Positions 10,785-19,395 of a stretch of DNA of 64,000 nt are shown here, one piece after another (position 1 is the first letter of the stretch; each line of letters begins with the position of its first letter). A program made the position numbers and the translations under genes. The notes under the pieces are model-generated. The model was not told where the DNA came from and ran no database searches. It worked only from the letters and a program-made list of their open reading frames with translations. The DNA is taken from NCBI GenBank assembly GCA_049970895.1, contig JBMFMB010000001.1, positions 64,001 to 128,000 of the forward strand, given 5' to 3'. The stretch is from Candidatus Bathyarchaeia archaeon (lineage in GTDB: Archaea; Thermoproteota; Bathyarchaeia; Bathyarchaeales; Bathycorpusculaceae).

Positions 10785-11170
10785 GTTAGACTCCCTTCTC
10801 GGCTTTCCAAACCCTCCATTTTCGGCTCTGTTAGGGTAACTCTTTCAATAAGCCTTTTGAAGATGGCTTGTGCTTGCATCTCGTCCATTTTCTCCAAGTA
10901 GACGGAGACTATGGCTATCTTGCCCTTTTTCGAAGCCAAATACTCGGCGAACATGCGGGCTGAAATAACATTCCTGTTACCAAGAATCACAGACGACGAT
11001 GGTAGTCCCGGAGTGTCTGGAGGTTTCGGGATGGCTATGGCAAGGGTTCCAAGCCTATCCTCATTCTCACTTAAAAGGATAAGGCAAGAGTTCTTTGTTT
11101 CAAGGTAAACAGCGAGAAAGTGAATGTTCTGCTCAACCAACTCGTCCTTAACGACTTTGGCCCGCTCCAT
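10781..11170 (-). CDS. Proteasome assembly chaperone 4 (PAC4/PSMG4)-like protein
   Basis: EQNIHF...LGTLAIAIP...PSSSVILG...FAEYLASKKGKIAIVSVYL parallels recalled PSMG4 motifs; stop overlaps ubiD-like start (ATGA). Confidence 0.6.
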   Translation of the reverse strand: MERAKVVKDELVEQNIHFLAVYLETKNSCLILLSENEDRLGTLAIAIPKPPDTPGLPSSSVILGNRNVISARMFAEYLASKKGKIAIVSVYLEKMDEMQAQAIFKRLIERVTLTEPKMEGLESREGSLT

Positions 11171-11244
11171 CGCCAATTCTCCGATGTATATTTATAGCTT
11201 CTACACATTTGACTATTTATTACTTTCAAAAAGGAAAGACGAAA

Positions 11245-11901
11245 ATGGATAGGGAAAAGGCAGAAAAGATCCTTCAAATCCTACGGGAAAACTTCACGTT
11301 GCCAAAATGGGTTTCAGAGAATCACAACCCATTTGAAACCTTAATCATAACGATAATTTCCCAGAACACCTCCGACAGAAACACAGAAAAAGCTTTCGCA
11401 AAACTTTCAATGACCCTTCCAATAACCCCAAAGGCATTAGCAGGAGCCGAAACAAGCAAAATTGAGGAATGCTTAAAAGTCGCGGGGCTTTATCGGAACA
11501 AAGCCAGAATAATAAAGCAAGTTTCAAAGATAATCCTTGAAGAATTTGGCGGAAAACTCGAAACAATTTTGGCTTTACCCTTCGAAAAGGCAAGAGAGAG
11601 ACTTATGCTGCTTCCAGGTGTTGGTCCGAAAACTGCTGATGTTCTGCTTCTTTTCTCGGCGAACAAGCCGACAATACCTGTGGACACCCATGTGAAACGT
11701 GTTTCTAAAAGGCTTGGGCTCGCACCTGCTAACGGCAGCTATGATAGTGTTCGCGAATCTCTCCAGCGATTATACAAGCCAGAAGACTATTTTGAGGTTC
11801 ACATACTCCTAATCTTGCTGGGGAGAAAGTACTGTAAAGCCAGAAAACCCCTATGCAAGCCATGCCCAGTTAAGATGCTATGCCCATCAAGAGCTGAATA
11901 G
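11245..11901 (+). CDS. nth: Endonuclease III
   Basis: ISQNTSD, HhH LPGVGPKTA, VDTHV, [4Fe-4S] CKARKPLCKPCPVKMLC. Confidence 0.95.
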   Translation: MDREKAEKILQILRENFTLPKWVSENHNPFETLIITIISQNTSDRNTEKAFAKLSMTLPITPKALAGAETSKIEECLKVAGLYRNKARIIKQVSKIILEEFGGKLETILALPFEKARERLMLLPGVGPKTADVLLLFSANKPTIPVDTHVKRVSKRLGLAPANGSYDSVRESLQRLYKPEDYFEVHILLILLGRKYCKARKPLCKPCPVKMLCPSRAE

Positions 11902-11902
11902 C

Positions 11903-13201
11903 CTATAATTGTTTGACACTTTCATCTATTATTGGAGGGGCAACTTCCTTTAGATTTTCATCTAGCCTCACTCTTCCGAAGATAACTGTTGCTATGCCGT
12001 TGGAAACTGGCGTAAAGATTTTCACAACCTTTCTTCTGTAGTCGATTTCCCTTAAAACGCCTATTCCGAGAAACTTTCCTTCACCGTTGTATAGGGCTAG
12101 GAGCAAGCCCTTCTCATCTCCCTTAAATGTGACCACAACTCTTTTGCCAAGGACTTCTTCAGCCCGTCTAACGTTTTCAGGGTTTATCCAACGGTTTCTG
12201 CCAATGACCACGTAAACTTTGTCTTTCAACTCAACCATGTATAGGGGTTTCATTCCCAGCAAGTCGTAAATTTCCCTCTCCCTTCTTCTGTCCAGAAAGT
12301 TTTTGCCAGGAACTAAGATTTCCTCGCTTTCAATTTTAAGCCAGCTTAATGGTATGGATTGAACCCTTGAATTTTTCAGGTATTTTATGTAGCCCAGCTC
12401 TCGGAGATTTCTGCGTTTGTCTCTGCTTCTCTGTTTTATGGTCTGCGGAGAATCAATAACGAATGTTTTGAAGGCCTTAACAGCCTTTAAAAGGGGTTTC
12501 AGCTTCTCATCCTGCTGTATGCAGTAGATTATGCTTGGGCCAATTTTCTCTATAAGCTGAACCTTATAGTTTACTGCGTCTTCCCCCTCCACCCAACCAT
12601 CCGTATTCACAACAACAAAGTCCGGATTACTGCCCAAAATTTCACTCTTCAGCAATGTCAACCCATGAATTACCTTTTCTATGGCTCTGCTTGGCGAGGT
12701 TACGCCCACGAAGAAGGCATTTTTTGCCTCTAGGTTGAAAAGGTCTGTGACATGCCGCGGCACAATTGCATAAGCCAATGTGCATGGGGGACCAATGTCA
12801 GACTGCCCCAAATCTCCGTCTAAAATGGCTACTTTATGTTTTTTATTCAAGAGCCTATTCACCAAGTATGTGCAGAAACTTGTTTTCCCAGAATCAACTG
12901 TTCCTAAAACTAGGGCAATAGCTGGTCTTGTTTGGATGGCAGATAGTTCTTCGTAGGCTTTTTCCCATGAAGGCGGAATTGTGTTTCCCTCAACCTCTTC
13001 CACGTTTGCGTTCTCACCAAGTGCCACATTGAAGGCTGCTGATTCTCTCACGAAGAAGGGCATCCTTTTACCGTCTCTTATCACGACTTTTTCCATGTTC
13101 CGCAACATATAGCCGAAAACCTCAGCCTTTCCAGAAAACAGCGTAACCGATGCTGGTCCATCAACTAACAGTGTTTTTCCACTTGCAACGTTTATGTCCA
13201 T
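11903..13201 (-). CDS. Clp1/Grc3 (Nol9)-family polynucleotide 5'-kinase
   Basis: Walker A GTVDSGKTS, DGDLGQSDIGPP, VNTDGWVEG, clasp RxxxR (RDKRRNLRE); N-terminal beta domain present. Confidence 0.9.
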   Translation of the reverse strand: MDINVASGKTLLVDGPASVTLFSGKAEVFGYMLRNMEKVVIRDGKRMPFFVRESAAFNVALGENANVEEVEGNTIPPSWEKAYEELSAIQTRPAIALVLGTVDSGKTSFCTYLVNRLLNKKHKVAILDGDLGQSDIGPPCTLAYAIVPRHVTDLFNLEAKNAFFVGVTSPSRAIEKVIHGLTLLKSEILGSNPDFVVVNTDGWVEGEDAVNYKVQLIEKIGPSIIYCIQQDEKLKPLLKAVKAFKTFVIDSPQTIKQRSRDKRRNLRELGYIKYLKNSRVQSIPLSWLKIESEEILVPGKNFLDRRREREIYDLLGMKPLYMVELKDKVYVVIGRNRWINPENVRRAEEVLGKRVVVTFKGDEKGLLLALYNGEGKFLGIGVLREIDYRRKVVKIFTPVSNGIATVIFGRVRLDENLKEVAPPIIDESVKQL

Positions 13202-13839
13202 TATTCTCCTCTCCTAGCGTAGACTTGCCCGTTTCTCCTAGCAATTTTTATGGCTGAAACTATGTCCCTCAAACCTCTCCTATGCTTTGAATCGCTAATG
13301 TAGCGGTCTGTTCCGGCCTCGCTGACACTTTCCAATATTATGTTTTTGGGAAGTTTCCTATCAAGGGCTTTTAAAAGCCTTTCCTTATATTCTGGAATGC
13401 CATCACCAACTTTAACGGCAATCATGGACGCCCTAATATCCTTAAGGCTTTTTATTATGTTCTCTATTTCGCTCAGTGTTTCGTTTATGCCAAAACAGTT
13501 TCCAGTTCTAATAACTTTTCCATCAGCCAGAACAGCCAAGCCTAAAACTTCGCCTGGGTCAACACCTATAACTATCTGCTCGTAGGAGTCTTTTCCCTCT
13601 ATAAGCTGCAGTGTCTGGTTCACCAAAGCTTGCAGGTCCATTCCATCCTCATAAACGAGAACATTTTCGTGGTTTATGTGGGGGCGCTCCTTCTCGGTTG
13701 TTATTACAACTTTTATCTCTAGGGGTATGGGCTCGTAGGGTGTTAAGCTTATGAAGGGCACGTTAGCCTTCTTCAACTCGTTAACTATTAAGTAGTAGGC
13801 TTTCCCTGAAACTGTTGCCACCGCCACTTTAGCCCTCAT
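13201..13839 (-). CDS. Hypothetical protein with C-terminal RNase H-fold (YqgF/RuvX-like) domain
   Basis: IVIGVDPG, VKVGDG, VSEAGT, RDIVSAIKIA; stop overlaps kinase start (TAATG). Confidence 0.65.
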   Translation of the reverse strand: MRAKVAVATVSGKAYYLIVNELKKANVPFISLTPYEPIPLEIKVVITTEKERPHINHENVLVYEDGMDLQALVNQTLQLIEGKDSYEQIVIGVDPGEVLGLAVLADGKVIRTGNCFGINETLSEIENIIKSLKDIRASMIAVKVGDGIPEYKERLLKALDRKLPKNIILESVSEAGTDRYISDSKHRRGLRDIVSAIKIARRNGQVYARRGE

Positions 13840-13907
13840 ACAATCTTCCTAGACTGTTCCTTTTCAACAACAAATTATTATTTCGCACCTTATATCTATT
13901 GATGTGC

Positions 13908-14621
13908 ATGCCATTGCTACAGAAGATACCGACAAACTTTAAAATGCTCGACGAAGCCCTCGAAGGAGGCTTCCCAGCAGGCGAGGTCAGCCTAATATAC
14001 GGAGAAGCAGAAACAGCAAAAACAACCTTGGCAATACAATGTGCAGTGAGCTGCGCCAAACAAGGATACAAAACATTTTTTGTGGATTGTGACGGCACAT
14101 TCTCCGCTAGAAGACTCTCACAAATCGCATCTGAAAACGCTGAAAAGGTGGCGGAACTTATAATTCTCGCAAGGCCAAAAAGCTTCAAGGAGCAGGCACT
14201 TGTCATAGACCAACTAGCCAACTATGTAGCCAAGGGCTTTGGACTTGTCGTTGTGGATACGGCAACATTCCTATACCGCATGGAAGTGGCAGAAAATCCA
14301 GACAAAACATTCGAGCTTAACCGCGAACTAAATAGGCAGATGGCTTTGCTGGCACAGACTGCCAAAACGCAGAAAGTGGCCATCATGGTCCTAAGCCAAG
14401 TTAGAAGCGTATTTGATGAGGCTTATGTGGATGTTGAACCAGTCGCCACAAGAGTGCTGAAGTTTTGGGCAAACACGATAATTGCAATGAAACCAACAGA
14501 AGATCCAAAAATCGTTAGGATAATCGTAGAGAAAAAGGCAAAAATGGCTGAACAATTCACATGTTACGCAAAAATAACCGAGAAAGGGCTGTGTGAACTT
14601 CCACAAAAGCGTGAAGGATAA
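13908..14621 (+). CDS. radB: RadB-like RecA-family ATPase
   Basis: LDEALEGG, GEAETAKTT (degenerate Walker A), VVVDT, LSQVR; no N-terminal HhH domain. Confidence 0.8.
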   Translation: MPLLQKIPTNFKMLDEALEGGFPAGEVSLIYGEAETAKTTLAIQCAVSCAKQGYKTFFVDCDGTFSARRLSQIASENAEKVAELIILARPKSFKEQALVIDQLANYVAKGFGLVVVDTATFLYRMEVAENPDKTFELNRELNRQMALLAQTAKTQKVAIMVLSQVRSVFDEAYVDVEPVATRVLKFWANTIIAMKPTEDPKIVRIIVEKKAKMAEQFTCYAKITEKGLCELPQKREG

Positions 14622-14624
14622 AGG

Positions 14625-15131
14625 ATGAACGCAATTGCAAAACTGGTTGCCGAAGCCATAAAATTCATATTTCCAGCCTACTGCGCCAACGCCATACCGG
14701 TGCTTGCCGGTGGAGGCTTGCCCATAGACCTTGGAAGAAAATTTTTGGATGGAAAACCAATATTTGGGAAAAACAAAACTTTTAGAGGCTTTTTCTCCGG
14801 GTTGATTATTGGAACAGCGGTTGGCTTCGCAGAAGCCGCCATTTTCCAAGAATATGGCAGTATAGGTTATTTCGGCTTTGTGCTTTCAATGGGCGCCCTC
14901 CTCGGCGATTTGGCAGGAGCATTCATAAAAAGGAGGTTGGGGATACCGCCGGGAGGGCTTTTGCCCATAGTGGACCAAGTGGACTTTGTGGTTGGGGCTT
15001 TAATATTCGCTTTTCCATTACGGGTGTTATATCTTGAGCTTGTTTTGGCTGTGCTTATTATAACGCCGCCACTGCACATGACAACAAACTTTGCAGCCTA
15101 CAAGCTTGGATTAAAAAGCAGCCCATGGTGA
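14625..15131 (+). CDS. carS: CDP-archaeol synthase
   Basis: PAYCANAIP, PIDLGR, FGKNKTFRG, GDLAGAFIKRRLG, PIVDQVDF. Confidence 0.93.
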   Translation: MNAIAKLVAEAIKFIFPAYCANAIPVLAGGGLPIDLGRKFLDGKPIFGKNKTFRGFFSGLIIGTAVGFAEAAIFQEYGSIGYFGFVLSMGALLGDLAGAFIKRRLGIPPGGLLPIVDQVDFVVGALIFAFPLRVLYLELVLAVLIITPPLHMTTNFAAYKLGLKSSPW

Positions 15132-15140
15132 AAAGGGGGT

Positions 15141-15560
15141 TTATACACCTTTCCAGTAGTGCAGCACAGCCTCTAAAGAGATGTATGCCACAAATAAGAG
15201 AACAGCGCCTATCATAAACGTCAAATAGGCTTGTCTAGGCTTGTAGGCATATTTTGTGCTCTGGTAAATGAGCAATGCTCCGGAGACACCCATGGCGAAT
15301 AGAATCATTGATATGAGGCTGTCTGAAACCCATTGCTCGGACAACTGCGGATAAACAAAGAGGAAACGTCCACCATAATAGACGGCAGGTAGAGGCTTCA
15401 CAATAATTAGGTGCAATCCGCCTCCGTACAGGAAGACAGCCACAGCCATGGCAATTACTGCAATAGCGAAGGGTGAAGGCCTAATTGATGATATCTTTGT
15501 GTAAAGCCTCTGCAATGAATAGGACAGCGAAACTGCTGTTTTTTTGGCTTTACGCGCCAC
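15141..15560 (-). CDS. OST3/OST6-family (OSTC/DC2-like) three-TM oligosaccharyltransferase accessory subunit
   Basis: PS..A...FLYGGGLHLIIVKP...EQWVSDSLISMILFAMGVSG; size and three-TM layout resemble OSTC/DC2 (recalled); aglB about 4 kb away. Confidence 0.62.
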   Translation of the reverse strand: MARKAKKTAVSLSYSLQRLYTKISSIRPSPFAIAVIAMAVAVFLYGGGLHLIIVKPLPAVYYGGRFLFVYPQLSEQWVSDSLISMILFAMGVSGALLIYQSTKYAYKPRQAYLTFMIGAVLLFVAYISLEAVLHYWKGV

Positions 15561-15777
15561 CTTTTTCCTCTCCAGTTTTTATTAGGTGCTCTGCCACCTC
15601 TCTGGCCCATTCACCAGTAAATGGATTCTTAACAATCTCACTTAAATACTCTTTCCAAGAAATCTCTAAGGCTTTCCTCCAAATCTCATACTTCTTCATA
15701 ATACTCTGATAGGCTCTAGCATGCAGTTCGCAATAACCGTTTTCAACAGCCTCTCTATTGCACACTGCGCATTTCAA
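15550..15777 (-). CDS. Small CCCH zinc-finger protein
   Basis: CAVC-x9-CELH; overlaps both flanking genes. Confidence 0.7.
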   Translation of the reverse strand: MKCAVCNREAVENGYCELHARAYQSIMKKYEIWRKALEISWKEYLSEIVKNPFTGEWAREVAEHLIKTGEEKGGA

Positions 15778-17851
15778 TGTTTCTCTTCTCCTCCTTTAAT
15801 GGGCATTTGGGATTAAAACACAAGTTCCATGGGCGCCTACCCTTAATACGAATTTGAACAGTGGGCCACCCGCATCCGCGACAGTTCTTTCCTAATGGTC
15901 GTGCTGTTCCCATTTGCGGAAGCGGAAAGGCGGCATTACACTTCTTTTTGAAGAAGTTTGTGCATCCGATGAAGCGTTTTCCAGTTTTCCTCGAATAAAG
16001 TATCATTAGCATGCCAGTTCCACAGATAGGACATGGCCCAACAATCCTTTCTTCAAGCCTCGCCCTTTTTATCGCGATGCTTAATTGCTCACCTATGGTT
16101 TTCTCTTTGGCCTTAAGCCCATCAACAACAGGCTTTAAAATTTCAATAGCGTCTAATAGGACGTTTTCGCGTTTCTCTTGGCTAGCTTGAATCTTATCCA
16201 TCCTCTCTTCAAGCTTTCTCGTTAGCCCAATCGAAACGATTGGTGGACAGTGCTTCTTGAGGACTTCGAGGACTTCGAAGCCTAAATCCGTCACAATCAT
16301 CCTTTCGTCTCGGACATATTTTCTGTCATACAATGTTTGGATTATATCTGCGCGGGTTGCCTTAGTCCCAATGCCAGCCTCCTCCATCCTTTTGAGCAAA
16401 CTGCCCGGATTGTAGCGTGGAGGCGGCTTCGTGAACTTGTCTTCCAGAATAATCCTTCTAACCTTAAGCTTTTGTCCCTCCTCCAATGGCGGCAGAAGAA
16501 CCTCTTCAGACCTTACATATGGCTCATAGAAGCGTAGCCAACCCTCCTTTAATGTTTGCCTACCCTTCAAGAAGAACCTTTGCCCATCAACGTTTATGCA
16601 AACTTTTAGGCTTTGCCTTACGGCTGGCTCTCCAAAAACAGCCATAAACCTTCTAACAACAAGATCCCATATTCGCCTTTCAGGCTCTTCTAAAACTCTT
16701 TCTGGGAGATTCCCGGTTGGATATATTGCCGGGTGGGCCGGGTCCTCCTTTTTCCCCTCGTTGGGTTTAAGCTCTTTTTTGGATAGGAGTTCCGCCGCAA
16801 GCCTTCTGTATTCGGAGACCCCGCTTAAGCTTTTGAGTATCGCCTCATAATTTATTGCTGGTGGAAGTTTTTGGCTGCTTGTCCTTGGATACGATATTAA
16901 GGCGTCCAAGTATAGGCGTTGGGCAATGTCTAGAGTTCTCCTAGGCGTGTAACCGAAAAGGCTGTAGGCTTCACTTTGCAATGCGCCAATGTCGAAGGGT
17001 GTTGGCGGCATCTGCTGGAACTGTTTAACCTCAATGTTTTCGACAACGCCATCTTTCCCCTTACAAGCGTCAACTAAAGCATTAGCCTCCTTCTTGGTTT
17101 CAATTACGACTTTCTCGTATTCAGCCTCGAAAACTTGTCCGTTAATTTCAATTTCAGCTCTAATTTGCCAGTAAGGGGTTGGCACAAAACTTCTGATGGC
17201 TTTTTCTCTAGCAACCAGAAAGCGTAGTGTTGGACCTTGGACTCTGCCTGTGCTTAAGGTTGCGTATTTTCCACTCCAGTCCTTTGCGGCTATTGTTAAT
17301 GCTCTTGAAAGGTTTACGCCGTAAAGCCAGTCGATTTCGTGTCTTGTCCTTCCAGCCTCTATTAGGGCGAAGTCCAGTTTTGGCAGCAGTTCCTCGTAGG
17401 ATTTTTCCAGCTCCTCCTTTGTTAGCGTAGAATACTTCATCCTTTTTGCAACAGCTTCCTTGTTGCCACACGCATACTTCAGTATGCAGTATCCAATTAT
17501 GCTTCCCTCAATGTCGTAGTCGCACGCGTCAATGTATGTGTCAGCGTCCTTGGCAAGCTTTGAAATTGTTTCAAGCCAGACGCGGATTTGTTTTGCACCC
17601 CTCTCCGCCATGTAACGGGGAACCCATCTGAAACTGAAAACAGGATAATAGTTTCTCCCACCTTTTTCTTCTGCAACGGTGTATAAGTGTCCAATAGCTG
17701 GAACAACAATTATCTGCTTGTCTCTTTCGGCTATGTAGTAGGGAACTCCATTCTCCTCCATTTTCTTGGGTTTGCCCTTCAAGTCAAGGGCTGAAGCTAT
17801 CCTTTGTGCGGCGTCCGGCTTCTCCGTGATGATGAATGTGTACTTCCCCAT
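15755..17851 (-). CDS. topA: Type IA DNA topoisomerase with C-terminal zinc ribbons
   Basis: TOPRIM ITEKP, DYDIEG, STGRVQGPTL, catalytic ISYPRT, GIGTKATR, C4 fingers. Confidence 0.96.
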   Translation of the reverse strand: MGKYTFIITEKPDAAQRIASALDLKGKPKKMEENGVPYYIAERDKQIIVVPAIGHLYTVAEEKGGRNYYPVFSFRWVPRYMAERGAKQIRVWLETISKLAKDADTYIDACDYDIEGSIIGYCILKYACGNKEAVAKRMKYSTLTKEELEKSYEELLPKLDFALIEAGRTRHEIDWLYGVNLSRALTIAAKDWSGKYATLSTGRVQGPTLRFLVAREKAIRSFVPTPYWQIRAEIEINGQVFEAEYEKVVIETKKEANALVDACKGKDGVVENIEVKQFQQMPPTPFDIGALQSEAYSLFGYTPRRTLDIAQRLYLDALISYPRTSSQKLPPAINYEAILKSLSGVSEYRRLAAELLSKKELKPNEGKKEDPAHPAIYPTGNLPERVLEEPERRIWDLVVRRFMAVFGEPAVRQSLKVCINVDGQRFFLKGRQTLKEGWLRFYEPYVRSEEVLLPPLEEGQKLKVRRIILEDKFTKPPPRYNPGSLLKRMEEAGIGTKATRADIIQTLYDRKYVRDERMIVTDLGFEVLEVLKKHCPPIVSIGLTRKLEERMDKIQASQEKRENVLLDAIEILKPVVDGLKAKEKTIGEQLSIAIKRARLEERIVGPCPICGTGMLMILYSRKTGKRFIGCTNFFKKKCNAAFPLPQMGTARPLGKNCRGCGWPTVQIRIKGRRPWNLCFNPKCPLKEEKRNIEMRSVQ

Positions 17852-17997
17852 ACCAGCACAGACCATTACTTGGAATGTTGATGATTCTCAAGATAAACCT
17901 TCGCCAAAATTAAAAGTTTCTATCTCGCACCTGTTAGGATTCAGCAACCGATAAATATGGCGTAGGCATTACACCCATTTATCGAGGAGATGAGGAC

Positions 17998-18162
17998 TTG
18001 CCTCAAAAAGTTGTTTGCCACCAATGTGGTTATGTTTTGTATGAGGGAAGCGAACTTAAACCCCCAGACGAGATTTTGCACAAGTATAGTGGTAAATGCC
18101 CGCAGTGCGGCAGAAAACTTGCCCTAATACCATTAAACGTTGAAGTGAAACCCATAAAATAG
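17998..18162 (+). CDS. 54-aa zinc-ribbon protein (not in ORF track)
   Basis: TTG start after GAGGAG; MPQKVVCHQCGYVLYEGSELKPPDEILHKYSGKCPQCGRKLALIPLNVEVKPIK with two CxxC motifs. Confidence 0.8.
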   Translation: MPQKVVCHQCGYVLYEGSELKPPDEILHKYSGKCPQCGRKLALIPLNVEVKPIK

Positions 18163-18194
18163 CCAGCCCTTCTATTTGTGAGGAGGCTTAACAG

Positions 18195-19328
18195 ATGAGG
18201 AAAACCCAACTTTACGAGGTACACAAGAAAACGGCGAAGATGACAGAGTTCGCTGGATTCGAAATGCCCCTATGGTATAAGGGGATAACAGAGGAACACA
18301 TGGCGGTGCGAAACAGTGTTGGCATATTTGACGTTTCCCACATGGGAAGGGTAATCATAACAGGGAGGGACGCCGCTAGTTTCCTAAACTATGTCATAAC
18401 CAATGACGTGACTGCCTTAACGCCCAACAGTGCCCTATACTCTGTCATGTGCAACGAAAACGGCGGCATAATCGACGACTTCGTGGTAAGCTGCCTTGAA
18501 GAGGAAAAGTTTCTGCTGGTTCCAAACGCCACAAACAGAGAAAAAGACTTCAACTGGCTGGTTAAGAAGGCTGAAGGCTTCAACGTTAAAATTGAGGACG
18601 TTTCAGACAAAGTGGCAATGTTCGCCGTACAAGGACCAAACGCTGAAAAAACCCTACAAAAAATCTCCACGGCAGACCTAAGCAAAATTGAAAGGTTTAA
18701 GGGCACACCAGCCAAATTGGCTGGCATAGAAGTTTTCCTATCTAGGACTGGCTATACAGGTGAAGACGGTTTTGAGGTTTATGTGTGGAATGCGCCACCG
18801 GACAAGCCAGACAATGCCATAAACTTGTGGAAAGCCATTCTCGAAGCTGGAAAACCCTACGGAATAGAACCATGCGGCTTGGGAGCAAGAGACACATTAA
18901 GGCTTGAGGCGGGACTATGCCTATACGGAAATGACATAGACGAAAATATAACACCGTTAGAGGCTAAGCTGGGCTTTGTGGTGAAATTTCAGAAGGACAA
19001 CTTCATAGGAAAAAACGCTCTCCTAAGACAAAAAGAGGAGGGAGTCAAACGGAGACGGGTTGGACTGCAGATGATTGAGCATGGAATACCAAGACAAGGC
19101 TACAAAATATACAACGAGAAAGGTGAAATCATCGGGCAGGTGACAAGCGGAACCTTCTCACCACTCCTTAAATGTGGCATAGCAATGGCTTACATACAAA
19201 CACAACAAGCCCAGGAAGGAAACATAGTAAACATCGAAATCCGCGAAAAAATGGTTAAGGCAAAGATTGTGCCATTCCCATTCTACGACACAGAAAAATA
19301 CGGTTACAAAAGGAAGACATCCACATAA
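18195..19328 (+). CDS. gcvT: Glycine cleavage system aminomethyltransferase T
   Basis: FAGFEMP, FDVSHMG, SRTGYTGEDGFE, GLGARDTLRLEAG, VTSGTFSP. Confidence 0.95.
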   Translation: MRKTQLYEVHKKTAKMTEFAGFEMPLWYKGITEEHMAVRNSVGIFDVSHMGRVIITGRDAASFLNYVITNDVTALTPNSALYSVMCNENGGIIDDFVVSCLEEEKFLLVPNATNREKDFNWLVKKAEGFNVKIEDVSDKVAMFAVQGPNAEKTLQKISTADLSKIERFKGTPAKLAGIEVFLSRTGYTGEDGFEVYVWNAPPDKPDNAINLWKAILEAGKPYGIEPCGLGARDTLRLEAGLCLYGNDIDENITPLEAKLGFVVKFQKDNFIGKNALLRQKEEGVKRRRVGLQMIEHGIPRQGYKIYNEKGEIIGQVTSGTFSPLLKCGIAMAYIQTQQAQEGNIVNIEIREKMVKAKIVPFPFYDTEKYGYKRKTST

Positions 19329-19395
19329 AACTATTTAACCAACCGTAAGGAAAATAAACACCTTAAAAACCTTTAATCAAAAGCTGGAACCACGA

